This document shows, piece after piece, positions 39,276 through 48,805 of a stretch of 64,000 bases of DNA; position 1 is the first letter of the stretch, and each line of letters starts with the position of its first letter. The notes under the pieces were generated by a model, which saw nothing but the letters and a program-made list of their open reading frames with translations, made no database searches and was not told the DNA's origin. Position numbers and translations under genes: made by a program. The DNA comes from an uncultured Candidatus Saccharibacteria bacterium (GTDB lineage: Bacteria > Patescibacteriota > Minisyncoccia > Phycocordibacterales > UBA1006). The stretch is from positions 119,822 to 183,821 of the forward strand of contig CAYGJA010000002.1 in assembly GCA_964350165.1 (NCBI GenBank), in the 5' to 3' direction.

Positions 39276-39349
39276 AGCTTTGTGTCAAGTGGAAAAAAAG
39301 ATTGATGTGCTAGGATACGGATGTTTATTCAGCCATAATGATTTTTGAT

Positions 39350-39976
39350 ATGAAAACTTTTCGTAGACTTATTGTTGTTCTGATTTTGGCTTTAGCTTTT
39401 TTGGCGTTTGCGTTTGGATATTTTTTGTCAGGCAAAACAAGGGCTGACTTGCCTGTTGTTGTGAACGAAGCAACTAGTACGATTGCTTTCGAGGAAGATT
39501 TGTCTGACGAATCGACTGAAGACGAGGGGGTAATGATTGTTTTAGAAAAAAATGACCCTCCTGTTGTTCAAGAGGCGGAAGAAGAACTAGAAGGAAGTGT
39601 GGTGAGCGAAAAAAAAGATATTCCACCTTTAGAAAATACACCTTACGTAGAAGAGAGCGAGGACAGGGAGGCCTCATTAATGACTCTTCGAGCTGGTGCG
39701 TATGAATTTGTTGCGGGGAATAGCCTTATGACTGTTATTGTCAAAAACAGTCAGTATGTGGGTTTTGATGATGGTTGCAACGTTGGTTTTGGCTCACTTG
39801 TTTGGCATTCCGAAACTTCATCTTGGAATATCGTCGCATATGGTCACACACAAAAGAAATGTGCAGACAAAGAAAATCTGGTGGCCCTAATCGACAAGAA
39901 CACAAAAATAGAATCTAAAAACCAAGGACTCTGGCTAGATCTTGGGGCAAAGAATTTCGTTGCTCTTACAGAGTAA
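39350..39976 (+). CDS. Secreted acidic hypothetical protein
   Basis: It has a signal/TM (LIVVLILALAFLAFAFGYFL) and an acidic region. Confidence 0.4.
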   Translation: MKTFRRLIVVLILALAFLAFAFGYFLSGKTRADLPVVVNEATSTIAFEEDLSDESTEDEGVMIVLEKNDPPVVQEAEEELEGSVVSEKKDIPPLENTPYVEESEDREASLMTLRAGAYEFVAGNSLMTVIVKNSQYVGFDDGCNVGFGSLVWHSETSSWNIVAYGHTQKKCADKENLVALIDKNTKIESKNQGLWLDLGAKNFVALTE

Positions 39977-39983
39977 TGATGTA

Positions 39984-40472
39984 TTAATTTTTCCAAAGAC
40001 CCAGGCTGGCTGCTTTGGCTTTTTCCTCTGAGCTTAAAAATTGTTCTTGATGAATGGTATTGGGTGCTATTGATAGCGTTTTTGCCCAGCCTTGCTCAAT
40101 CATGTAGTTGTTGACAAAAATATCGTCGCTATAAATATAGGAAAGCGTACGCCCGTATTTGTCATAAGTGTCTTTTCCTGGCTTTGCAACTACTGTTTTT
40201 CCCAGAACTAGATTGGTCAGCACTTCTTTTGCTTCTTGATAACCGACTTCTCCTTTTTCGGGGGTGTCGATACCGATGAGTCTAATAGATTCAGAATTGC
40301 TTTTTATCGTGTCTCCATCAATGACTTCGGTCACCAGAAGCATTCGCTGTGATTCTGATTGCCTGGTATTTTCCTGGGGAAAAGGGTTTGTTGTAACAAC
40401 AACGACTCCTAGTAGCGAAAAAATAAAGACGATAATGGATTTCAATATTTTTTTATTTGTCAGTCGTTGCAT
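39984..40472 (-). CDS. Thermonuclease (staphylococcal nuclease-like, SNase domain), secreted
   Basis: It has VIDGDTIKSNSESIRLIGIDTPEKGE...YGRTLSYIY and an N-terminal signal anchor. Confidence 0.6.
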   Translation of the reverse strand: MQRLTNKKILKSIIVFIFSLLGVVVVTTNPFPQENTRQSESQRMLLVTEVIDGDTIKSNSESIRLIGIDTPEKGEVGYQEAKEVLTNLVLGKTVVAKPGKDTYDKYGRTLSYIYSDDIFVNNYMIEQGWAKTLSIAPNTIHQEQFLSSEEKAKAASLGLWKN

Positions 40473-40486
40473 GTCGCTAGTATATA

Positions 40487-41182
40487 ATGACTATCATGAA
40501 AAAGTTTTTATGGCTTGGTGGAATTCTTGTCGTCTTTTTAGGTACGGCGCTTATTTTTCGGAGTGATGGTACTATTATAACCAGTATGGAAAACGAACCG
40601 AAAGATTTTGTTGGTCCAGATGGCGTTGTTTTTGAGGTTGCAACCCTTGCTGGCGGATGTTTTTGGTGTATTGAGGCTCCCTTTCAAAACACAGATGGCG
40701 TTTTGGACGTTGTGTCTGGATATGCTGGCGGCACAAAAGAGACGGCAACCTATGCCCAGGTTTCTGGTGGAAAAACAAATCATCGCGAAGCGGTGCAGGT
40801 TTTTTTTGATCCAAAAAAAATAAGCTACCAAGATATTTTAGATTTGTTTTGGAGACAAATTGATCCAACTGATGATGGGGGGCAGTTTGCCGACAGAGGC
40901 CCTCAATATAGGACTGCAATTTTTACACATTCCAAGCAGCAAGCAGAGCAAGCGAATATTTCGAAGCTAGCTTTGCAGGATTCTCAAAAATTCGAAACAG
41001 ATGTTGTTACTGAAGTATTGCCGTACACTACTTTTTTTCTTGCTGAAGACTATCATCAAGATTATTTTAAAAAAGCAAAAGACCACTATGAGCAATATAA
41101 AAAAGCCTCTGGTCGATCTGGTTTTCTAGAAGAGAACTGGGCCAAAGATGCCGCTTTGGAGTATTCAAAAAAAGATAATTAG
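40487..41182 (+). CDS. msrA: Peptide methionine sulfoxide reductase MsrA, with a signal/anchor
   Basis: It has the LAGGCFWCIEAPFQ active-site motif and ...REAVQVFFDP.... Confidence 0.8.
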   Translation: MTIMKKFLWLGGILVVFLGTALIFRSDGTIITSMENEPKDFVGPDGVVFEVATLAGGCFWCIEAPFQNTDGVLDVVSGYAGGTKETATYAQVSGGKTNHREAVQVFFDPKKISYQDILDLFWRQIDPTDDGGQFADRGPQYRTAIFTHSKQQAEQANISKLALQDSQKFETDVVTEVLPYTTFFLAEDYHQDYFKKAKDHYEQYKKASGRSGFLEENWAKDAALEYSKKDN

Positions 41183-41234
41183 ATTTATTTTGTTTGCACA
41201 AATAAGACTTTGTTGAGGGTGATATAATTCATTC

Positions 41235-43973
41235 ATGAACAGATTTCTGGTGGTAAAATTTTTTGTACTAATACTGCTTTTTGTACCCTTGCTTGGACAG
41301 GCGCAGATATCTAATGGTACCTATGAACTGGAGTCCTCGGTTGTGTCTGCTGGTGGAGGCACCTTAAGTGTTGGAAATTATCAAATCGATGTTGTCACAG
41401 GAGAAACCTTCATTGGGCGAGTCACAAATGCTGTCTACGATATTTTTGTTGGTTTTCTAAAGCCAACAACCGCTTGTTCAGACGGTGTAGATAATGATGG
41501 TGATGGTTTTGTTGATTTGCTTGATACTGGTTGTGCTGATGCTGATGATGATAATGAGTACGTTTCTTCTGGGGGTAGCGGGGGTAACACTACTCCAACC
41601 GAGCCCACCGGAACAAACAACCCTACCGATCCCGAAACGTTTGCATGTAATCTTGTTGCAAACCCTTCCGTTATCCAAGAGGGAGAGCAGAGTCAATTGA
41701 TATGGTCTGGTTCTGGGTTGGCAAGTTCGGGGCACACCATTACTGGATTGGGGGTTGTTCCATCCGCTGGAGTAGCCAGTGTTTCTCCTACCACTACCAC
41801 GGACTATATCGGAAATTTTATTGATACAAGGGGAGACACGCTTACCTGTAGTTATCGTATAGAGGTGCAAGACTCCAGTGCTGGTTTTGTTGACTTCTCT
41901 CCGTCTACCTATCAATTAATCGAAAACATAAGAGAGCACCTTGTTGTTTTGGAGCGGCAGGGAGGTTCTTCTGGGGCAGTTTCGGTGTTAGTCGACATAG
42001 CGGGTTCTCCCATTGCTCAAGCTGGAGCTGATTTTATTTTTATCCCAACCGTTGTCACCTGGCAGGCAGGAGAGCAAGGTACAAAAACCGTTCAGTTTTC
42101 GGTGATTGATGACAATTTGATTGAGGGGCCAGAGTTTGTCGAACTTCAATTAAAAAATATTGCCGGTGCTCTGTATGGAGCCAATCGATCAGCAACCATT
42201 CAGATAGTAGACGATGAGGTTGTTCTGGCTGATCCAGTTCTTACTCTGGTGACTACCGTTGATAATCGTGGTGTCGGAACTCGAGCTGCACATACTTTTG
42301 GTTTGACATTAAACGGCTCCACGGTTACAAGCGGTCAATCTGTATCTGTTCCCAAAAATACCGAGCTTGTGATCGAAGGGCAAAATGAAACTGACTATCG
42401 GGTGTCATCTGTTACTGGTTCTTCTTTTTGTCCGGAAAGATTAGGGGAAACCTTTGAGCTTCCTGAAGGGGTAAATGTTGTCTGTCGTATTAATTATGAA
42501 TATACAGGTAATCCAAATCCAGAAGAAACTGACCCTGATCCAGAAACCGATCCCGACAACGGCCCTGACCCTGATCCAAAAATAGAAGTAGACATTGATT
42601 TGGGTAGCGGTTCAGTTAGTCAGATTACTCTGGTTGAAGCTACTTTGCGTATCAGTGAAGCAACTGGTCAAGCGGTTATTGCCCTAGAGCGTTCAGGCTC
42701 ATTGGCTTTGCCGGTTGAGGCAAACTTGATGCTCATACCAGGTACCGCACTCTTGGGGGCTGACTATGGGCAGACTGACTCTGTGGTCAGGTGGGGGGAG
42801 AAAGAGGGGGGCGTAAAAACCTTGGTTATTCCTATTTCTGTTGATGATATTCCGGAAGTTGACGAGTATTTTACGGTGGCATTGTCATCATTGACTTCTG
42901 GTATTTTTGGGCGAAATACTCGAACGCGGGTGACCATCTCTGATGATACCCCCGAGGAGGTCGCCAGCGATCAGGCTACTGGCGCAGTTTTGACTCAACT
43001 GGAAACGTTTGTCGAGAGCCCAACAATAAAGAGCGCCATTGTTACTACTGCCGCAACAAGTCTTTCTGTCGGGGTGACTGCTTTTGTGACCAGCGTGGCT
43101 GTTAACCCGGGCATGTTTGCGGACCTATTGTCTTTGCCGTTTCGGCTGTATTCTTTGCTGTTGTCGTTTTTTGGTATCCGAAAAAAAAATCGACCATGGG
43201 GAGTTGTGTTTGATAGTTTTACCAAACAGCCTCTTGATCCAGCTCATGTGATTATTCGAAATGAAGCTGGTCAAGAAATAGCGACTTCGATTACTGACTT
43301 GGATGGTAGATATGGTTTTTTGGTAAATGCTGGTAAGTATCGAATAGAGGCGGGGAAGACTCATTATACTTTTCCTTCTGTTCAGCTGGCTGGAAAAACC
43401 AGCGACGAATTGTATGACCGCTTGTATTTTGGTGAAGAAATTACGGTTGCCACTGACGGCGAGGTTTTGCTTCACAATATTCCGATGGACCCAGAGCAAG
43501 AAGATTGGAACCAGAAAGCAAAGATTGCCATGGGGGTAACTCGTTTTTACAATAAACATAGCGTAGCCATTGCTCTGGTGACCGACGTACTTTTTTACGT
43601 CGGTGTGACAATGGCAACGGTTGCAACAATCATTGCTCCCGCTCGATATAACATCATCATACTCATCGCTTATGGTGTTCTAATGATTTTGCGTGTCATT
43701 GGATTGAAAATTAAAAGTCATGGTCGAGTAATCGAGGCCAAGACAGGTGATCCTATTCCTGGTGCCGTCTTAAAATTTTTCTCACAACGAACTGGAATTC
43801 AGGTTGCCAAGCGTACGACTGACAGCATGGGGCGCTACTACGCTCTTATAAATAAAGGGGTTTATCGGGTAGACATAGAGACAACCTTACCTGATGGTTC
43901 GGTGCAAAAAATTGGCAGTTTTCAGAATTTAAAAACAAAAAAAGGAATCATTCGAAAGTTCTTTAAATTATAA
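41235..43973 (+). CDS. Large (912 aa) surface protein with a TSP3-like Ca-binding Cys motif, Calx-beta-like domains, C-terminal TM segments and carboxypeptidase-regulatory-like domains
   Basis: It has a signal peptide. It has CSDGVDNDGDGFVDLLDTGCADADDDNE and a Calx-beta-like ...FVELQLKNIAGALYGANRSATIQIVDDE. It has TM helices near residues 780-830 and DLDGRYGF / DSMGRYYA motifs. Confidence 0.5.
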   Translation: MNRFLVVKFFVLILLFVPLLGQAQISNGTYELESSVVSAGGGTLSVGNYQIDVVTGETFIGRVTNAVYDIFVGFLKPTTACSDGVDNDGDGFVDLLDTGCADADDDNEYVSSGGSGGNTTPTEPTGTNNPTDPETFACNLVANPSVIQEGEQSQLIWSGSGLASSGHTITGLGVVPSAGVASVSPTTTTDYIGNFIDTRGDTLTCSYRIEVQDSSAGFVDFSPSTYQLIENIREHLVVLERQGGSSGAVSVLVDIAGSPIAQAGADFIFIPTVVTWQAGEQGTKTVQFSVIDDNLIEGPEFVELQLKNIAGALYGANRSATIQIVDDEVVLADPVLTLVTTVDNRGVGTRAAHTFGLTLNGSTVTSGQSVSVPKNTELVIEGQNETDYRVSSVTGSSFCPERLGETFELPEGVNVVCRINYEYTGNPNPEETDPDPETDPDNGPDPDPKIEVDIDLGSGSVSQITLVEATLRISEATGQAVIALERSGSLALPVEANLMLIPGTALLGADYGQTDSVVRWGEKEGGVKTLVIPISVDDIPEVDEYFTVALSSLTSGIFGRNTRTRVTISDDTPEEVASDQATGAVLTQLETFVESPTIKSAIVTTAATSLSVGVTAFVTSVAVNPGMFADLLSLPFRLYSLLLSFFGIRKKNRPWGVVFDSFTKQPLDPAHVIIRNEAGQEIATSITDLDGRYGFLVNAGKYRIEAGKTHYTFPSVQLAGKTSDELYDRLYFGEEITVATDGEVLLHNIPMDPEQEDWNQKAKIAMGVTRFYNKHSVAIALVTDVLFYVGVTMATVATIIAPARYNIIILIAYGVLMILRVIGLKIKSHGRVIEAKTGDPIPGAVLKFFSQRTGIQVAKRTTDSMGRYYALINKGVYRVDIETTLPDGSVQKIGSFQNLKTKKGIIRKFFKL

Positions 43974-44036
43974 GAAAAAAGTCTAAAATTAACACTGACT
44001 GGTGTTCTGTTTGCAAAGAATGGTATTATAATTTTT

Positions 44037-47000
44037 ATGAAGAAAATACTTTTTTTACCCAAGAAATTTGGATTTATTACTGGCGGATTCCTTTTGTTGG
44101 CCCTCTTTTTAGCTGTTCCTGGAGGTTTTTTGCAGGCTCAAGGTACTGCAATAGTTGACTCGCTTACGCTGGTTAATGCTCAGAATGCAGCAGATGTTTT
44201 GACTGTGGACCCCGGAGAAGTAATACTTCCCAGCGAGACGGGGGGTAGGAATTATACCTTTCGTGCCAATACGGCGGGAACTATTGGTAGTGTCCGTTTT
44301 GTATTGAGTGGTCCTCTTAATACTATATTCGTAGCAAACACAAAGCCTTATATGTTGGCGGGAATAGACTCCAGTGGTTATTACAATGGGCTTAGTTTTC
44401 CTGACGGAACCTATACCTTAACAGCAACGCCCTATACTGGCCCTGGTGCTACTGGTTCTTCGGGGGTATCTCTTTCGAGAACGTTTACGGTTGGTAATAG
44501 TGCTCCTGCTTCAACAGGAGGAACTCAAACCACTATTGATTTCTCAGTAAATGATTTGGTTGAGCTCATTCAGGTAACACCCCTATACGACCAACCGGGT
44601 GGTGCTTTTTTATACAACGGGCAGAGCGATCTAACTGCGCAGATTGTAAATACTTCTGTTGTTCGCAACGGTGTTCCTTGGTGGAACATCCAGATGTGGG
44701 ACGGAAAAATTGGCTGGGTGCCGCAAACGTACTTAACTTTAGCTGCTGTTAATACTGACACCACCCCACCAGCCACCCCAACCCTCAACACTTCCGTCTC
44801 GGGAACAACCGTTAACCTAAATTGGAATGCGGTTACCGACCCAAGTTCAGTGGCCTATGAAGTCCAAAAAGACGGAGTAAATCTAATCACCAACTTAACC
44901 ACTACTTCATACGTTGCCACCAATCTTTCTGCTGGAAACCACGTCTTTCGAATTCGAGCCAAAGATGGCTCCAATAACTATTCTGGTTGGAGTAGTAAGA
45001 CTGTGACGATTAGTGCGCCGGGGCCGGTCACAACTCCAACCCCAACTCCAACCGATCCAACACCAGTTCCTACCGATCCAACACCAACAGATTCTGTGCC
45101 ACCAGTTGTTACCGGACACCAAGCTCCTGGTCTGATTCAAGCAGAAGATTTTTCAGCAGCTTCGGACGCTACCCCTGGAAATAGTGGCTTGGCTTTTGGG
45201 GGAATAACTAATAGTGCTAATCCTAATGTTGACATTGAGGCAACAACCGATACTGCTGGAGGTCACAATGTGGGTTGGACAAATGTTGGGGAAACTCTCA
45301 GTTACGAAATTACGGTTGCCGAAACTGGAACATACACCGTTGAGTATCGTCTCTCAAGTATTTTTGCTCAAAAAAACAGGTTCCAGGTTCTGCTTGATGG
45401 GGCCATCGTTCATACCGTGGCCGTGCCAAGCACCGGGGGGTGGCAATCTTGGGCAACCGTGTCCAAGACGCTTAACCTCACCGCTGGGCAACATACACTT
45501 CGTTTGAATATTATTGAAAGTGGCTGGAATATTAACTGGATAAAATTCACGAAACAAACAGGTACCACTGCTCCTGACCCAACCCCACTTCCAACAGCTC
45601 CTTCTACTCAGTTTTCTGTAGGCGATTGTGTGATTACTACCGCAACCTCTCTTAATATTAGAAACACTCCTAATGGCACGGTTCTTGGCCAGTTGCTACC
45701 AGGGGTCATTGCCTCGGTGGTTCAGAATAGTCAGAATGGTACCACTGTTGGTGGATATACTTGGTGGAATATTGAAACCAGTTCACTCACTGGCTGGGCT
45801 GCTGAAGAATACCTGGTTGATAGCGCTTGCGTTCCTGTTCCAGTCTCTGACACCACCCCACCAGCTACCCCAACCCTTAACACTTCCGTCTCGGGAACAA
45901 CCGTTAACCTAAATTGGAATGCGGTTACCGACCCAAGTTCAGTGGCCTATGAAGTCCAAAAAGACGGAGTAAATCTAATCACCAACTTAACCACTACTTC
46001 ATACGTTGCCACCAATCTTTCTGCTGGAAACCACGTCTTTCGAATTCGAGCCAAAGATGGCTCCAATAACTATTCTGGTTGGAGTAGTAAGACTGTGACG
46101 ATTAGTGCGCCGGGGCCGATAGTAAACACAGGGCCGATTGTGAAAGGTGGTATGGTAACAACGCAAGGTTCTGGGTCTATGCAGCTTTATGGAGACGCTG
46201 GTGCTAATCCTATCGACACCATCGTTTCTGGAATTAGTGGAATTGTTACCCATGATTGTTTGGAAAATGGAGCAACCTATTGCCGAGTCGTTTTCGATAA
46301 TGGCCAAGATGGCTGGCTAGACGATTCTTATTTGGTGCACACCGGATCATCTCCGGTTCCAACAGGACCAACGACGGTTGCTTCACAATTTTCTAGTGGG
46401 CAATGTGTGCAGGTGACGGCAAGCTCGCTTAATGTCCGAAGTGCCCCTGGAACAAGCGCGTCCTTTTTGGGTAGCCAGACTCTGAACAGTAAAGGAACTG
46501 TTTTGGCAAATTCAAACACAAACCCTTCTTCGGCCAATGGATTTATCTGGAGACAGATTGATTTCTTGCAAGGAGTCGATGGTTATGTGGCTGAGCAGTA
46601 CCTAGACCCTGCAACTAATTGTTCTATGCCAGCACCTGCCCCGGTTCCTGTTGTTGATGTCACTGCGCCACCGGTTCCTTCGTTCTCAAGCTCATCTCCA
46701 AATACTAACGCTATAACACTCTCTTGGAGTTCTGTAGAAAGTGGCGCTGTGTATGAGATACGTCGGGGCACCACCATTGTGGCTTCTTCTTTGACCAATC
46801 TCTCACATACAGTATCTGGTTTGGCTTCAGGAACTTCTTATACTTTCCAGATTAGAGCAAAAGATGCTGCTGGAAATACTTCTGCGTGGTCCGCTTCCTT
46901 GACTGTAGATACCCTATCTGTTGTTACGAATCCAGCACCGCCTACTTCGAATGGGGGAACGGTTGGGGTTCCGGTGACACAATGTTCTGACGGTGTGGAC

Positions 47001-48596
47001 AACGATTCTGATGGGCTGGTTGATTATCCAAACGATCCTGGTTGTGCATCGCCAAACGATGACAACGAGGATAATGTTGCGGTCCCGCCTACGGGAAATG
47101 TCATCAACGTCAGTAGCGGTGGGAGTATCGCCAACGCTATCGCCAGTGTCACATCGACTCCGGTTACCATTTATCTTGCTCCTGGCACCTACAATGTTGG
47201 CTCAGGTATCACACTTCCAGATGGAGTGAGTCTAGTCGGTTCGGGTGTTGATAAGACGACTATCACCAGCAACATAACGTATCAATCTGACATCTACACC
47301 ATTCAGCAGGCTGGTGCAGGAGCTCAGGGAGTGTTGATTACCACCGGAAGCAACCAAGTAATCCGAGACCTAACACTTGATGGTAATAATAAAAATATTT
47401 CAATAGCGATTCGTACAGCGCCGGGCAGTCCTGCTCCAACCAATGTTTCTAATGTAGAGATGTACAATCTACACATTAAAGAATTCTATACTTCGGGTGT
47501 TGTCTTGACCCAGATAAGTAATAGTAGTTTGCACGACACTACTTTCTACGACAACTCTTGGACTTCAAACAACAATGATGGCTACACAACTGCTTCGATT
47601 GTTTGGCACAGTACAACAGATGTTGATGTTTACAACGTCGACATTCTCGAACGAGAACAGCGCAGTGGCCACATCGGAGGAGGTAGCGGTATGGACGCTA
47701 TTCCTTTGCCTCCTACATACGGCAACACTCTGACAAGAACTCGCTTCTTTAATTCACGTGTGTTTGTCGACCCATTCTCTCCTTGGGGTGGTGGTGTAAA
47801 CAGTAATATTGCGCACGAATGGTGGGGAACCGAATTGATAGATTCTGAGATATTCAACAATACCTACAACAACAACCTGAGCTTGGTCTTTGAACACGCG
47901 GGTCCTCAGGGCGTGCCGTCGGTGAAGGTCTACAACAACAATTTCTTCCTTAGTGACGTCAAGTCTTGGGGCGTAGAGGTAACGAGACATGACGTAGAGC
48001 TCTACAATAATTACTTCGACACTGGTCTGGTTGGTACTCCTGTGTTTGCCAACTGGGATGGAGGTTTCCGGCCCGAAAATACCAATATTCATGGCAACCT
48101 TATCAGAATAAGACAGGGCTATACCAACTGGATAAGTTCAGTCATAACCTTTGCTGGTGGATTCAAAAACATGAACTTTACCAACAATACAGTGCATGTT
48201 GATACGAGTGCTGAGGTTACAATGCTTGCTTTGTATGGCCAGGGTACAATTGTTGACTCTCACTTTGATAACAATCTGTTCTATCGAAGTATTCCAAAAA
48301 GCGGTGGTGGAGTTGATCCCTTCTTGCACCTGGAACCCTACGGTTGTTCTACGCCGGCTACGTTTGGAATTCAGAACGTGACTCTGCGTAATAACTTGTT
48401 TGACGGCATAAACAAAGACGCGTTCCGTACCACCTGTAATTCGACCAAGACCGGAGATTTGATGCAATCAGGCAACATCAACGCCTCGGCTCAATTGAAT
48501 CTATCTGGATCTCGCTATGGTTCCTACTACACCCCGCTATCTACGAGTCCAGCTGTTGGAGGTGGTCTTGATGGATCAAACATCGGAGCTTTCTAG
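44037..48596 (+). CDS. Giant (1519 aa) surface protein with SH3b x3-4, FN3 x2 (near-identical), a CBM6-like domain, a TSP3-like Cys motif and a C-terminal right-handed beta-helix
   Basis: It has a signal/TM (GGFLLLALFLAVPGG). It has SH3b-like WWNIQMWDGKIGWVPQTYL, TWWNIETSSLTGWAAEEYL and FIWRQIDFLQGVDGYVAEQYL. FN3 VNLNWNAVTDPSSVAYEVQKDG occurs twice. It has a CBM-like HTLRLNIIESGWNINWIKF and a beta-helix repeat region NNN/YNN. Confidence 0.55.
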   Translation: MKKILFLPKKFGFITGGFLLLALFLAVPGGFLQAQGTAIVDSLTLVNAQNAADVLTVDPGEVILPSETGGRNYTFRANTAGTIGSVRFVLSGPLNTIFVANTKPYMLAGIDSSGYYNGLSFPDGTYTLTATPYTGPGATGSSGVSLSRTFTVGNSAPASTGGTQTTIDFSVNDLVELIQVTPLYDQPGGAFLYNGQSDLTAQIVNTSVVRNGVPWWNIQMWDGKIGWVPQTYLTLAAVNTDTTPPATPTLNTSVSGTTVNLNWNAVTDPSSVAYEVQKDGVNLITNLTTTSYVATNLSAGNHVFRIRAKDGSNNYSGWSSKTVTISAPGPVTTPTPTPTDPTPVPTDPTPTDSVPPVVTGHQAPGLIQAEDFSAASDATPGNSGLAFGGITNSANPNVDIEATTDTAGGHNVGWTNVGETLSYEITVAETGTYTVEYRLSSIFAQKNRFQVLLDGAIVHTVAVPSTGGWQSWATVSKTLNLTAGQHTLRLNIIESGWNINWIKFTKQTGTTAPDPTPLPTAPSTQFSVGDCVITTATSLNIRNTPNGTVLGQLLPGVIASVVQNSQNGTTVGGYTWWNIETSSLTGWAAEEYLVDSACVPVPVSDTTPPATPTLNTSVSGTTVNLNWNAVTDPSSVAYEVQKDGVNLITNLTTTSYVATNLSAGNHVFRIRAKDGSNNYSGWSSKTVTISAPGPIVNTGPIVKGGMVTTQGSGSMQLYGDAGANPIDTIVSGISGIVTHDCLENGATYCRVVFDNGQDGWLDDSYLVHTGSSPVPTGPTTVASQFSSGQCVQVTASSLNVRSAPGTSASFLGSQTLNSKGTVLANSNTNPSSANGFIWRQIDFLQGVDGYVAEQYLDPATNCSMPAPAPVPVVDVTAPPVPSFSSSSPNTNAITLSWSSVESGAVYEIRRGTTIVASSLTNLSHTVSGLASGTSYTFQIRAKDAAGNTSAWSASLTVDTLSVVTNPAPPTSNGGTVGVPVTQCSDGVDNDSDGLVDYPNDPGCASPNDDNEDNVAVPPTGNVINVSSGGSIANAIASVTSTPVTIYLAPGTYNVGSGITLPDGVSLVGSGVDKTTITSNITYQSDIYTIQQAGAGAQGVLITTGSNQVIRDLTLDGNNKNISIAIRTAPGSPAPTNVSNVEMYNLHIKEFYTSGVVLTQISNSSLHDTTFYDNSWTSNNNDGYTTASIVWHSTTDVDVYNVDILEREQRSGHIGGGSGMDAIPLPPTYGNTLTRTRFFNSRVFVDPFSPWGGGVNSNIAHEWWGTELIDSEIFNNTYNNNLSLVFEHAGPQGVPSVKVYNNNFFLSDVKSWGVEVTRHDVELYNNYFDTGLVGTPVFANWDGGFRPENTNIHGNLIRIRQGYTNWISSVITFAGGFKNMNFTNNTVHVDTSAEVTMLALYGQGTIVDSHFDNNLFYRSIPKSGGGVDPFLHLEPYGCSTPATFGIQNVTLRNNLFDGINKDAFRTTCNSTKTGDLMQSGNINASAQLNLSGSRYGSYYTPLSTSPAVGGGLDGSNIGAF
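44755..45026 (+). repeat. 272-nt intragenic direct repeat copy 1 (FN3-encoding), near-identical to 45847-46118
   Basis: I saw only 2 mismatches over about 272 nt on direct comparison. Confidence 0.85.
45847..46118 (+). repeat. 272-nt intragenic direct repeat copy 2
   Basis: See copy 1. The copies are 1092 nt apart. Confidence 0.85.
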
Positions 48597-48643
48597 AGAA
48601 AGACCTCATCCGGTTTTTCCGCTTAGATAAAAAGAAAATATAA

Positions 48644-48681
48644 AAGCAGCACGGAAAATCTTTCCAGTGTTGCTTTTATTT
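48644..48681 (+). terminator. Rho-independent terminator after the 1519-aa gene (AAGCAGCAC-loop-GTGTTGCTT, T-rich)
   Basis: It was read directly. Confidence 0.6.
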
Positions 48682-48805
48682 AGCGACTGAAACAACAGAA
48701 GAATCAGCACCAACATCATCTGATTCAACTGGAACAGAGTAAAAACGCTAGAATGTTTGGTTCAAGATGGTAGGGTTAGGGTAAATCTCTAATTAAAATT
48801 AAATT

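Noticed and set aside
43180-43190. Poly-A tracts of 9-10 nt inside CDSs (43181-43190; also 49107-49116 and 8938-8946) were considered as phase-variation switches.
   Set aside because: The genome is A-rich in Lys codons (AAA AAA AAA). The tracts are no longer than expected for Lys runs, and the frame is intact in all cases. There is no evidence for switching without read-level data.
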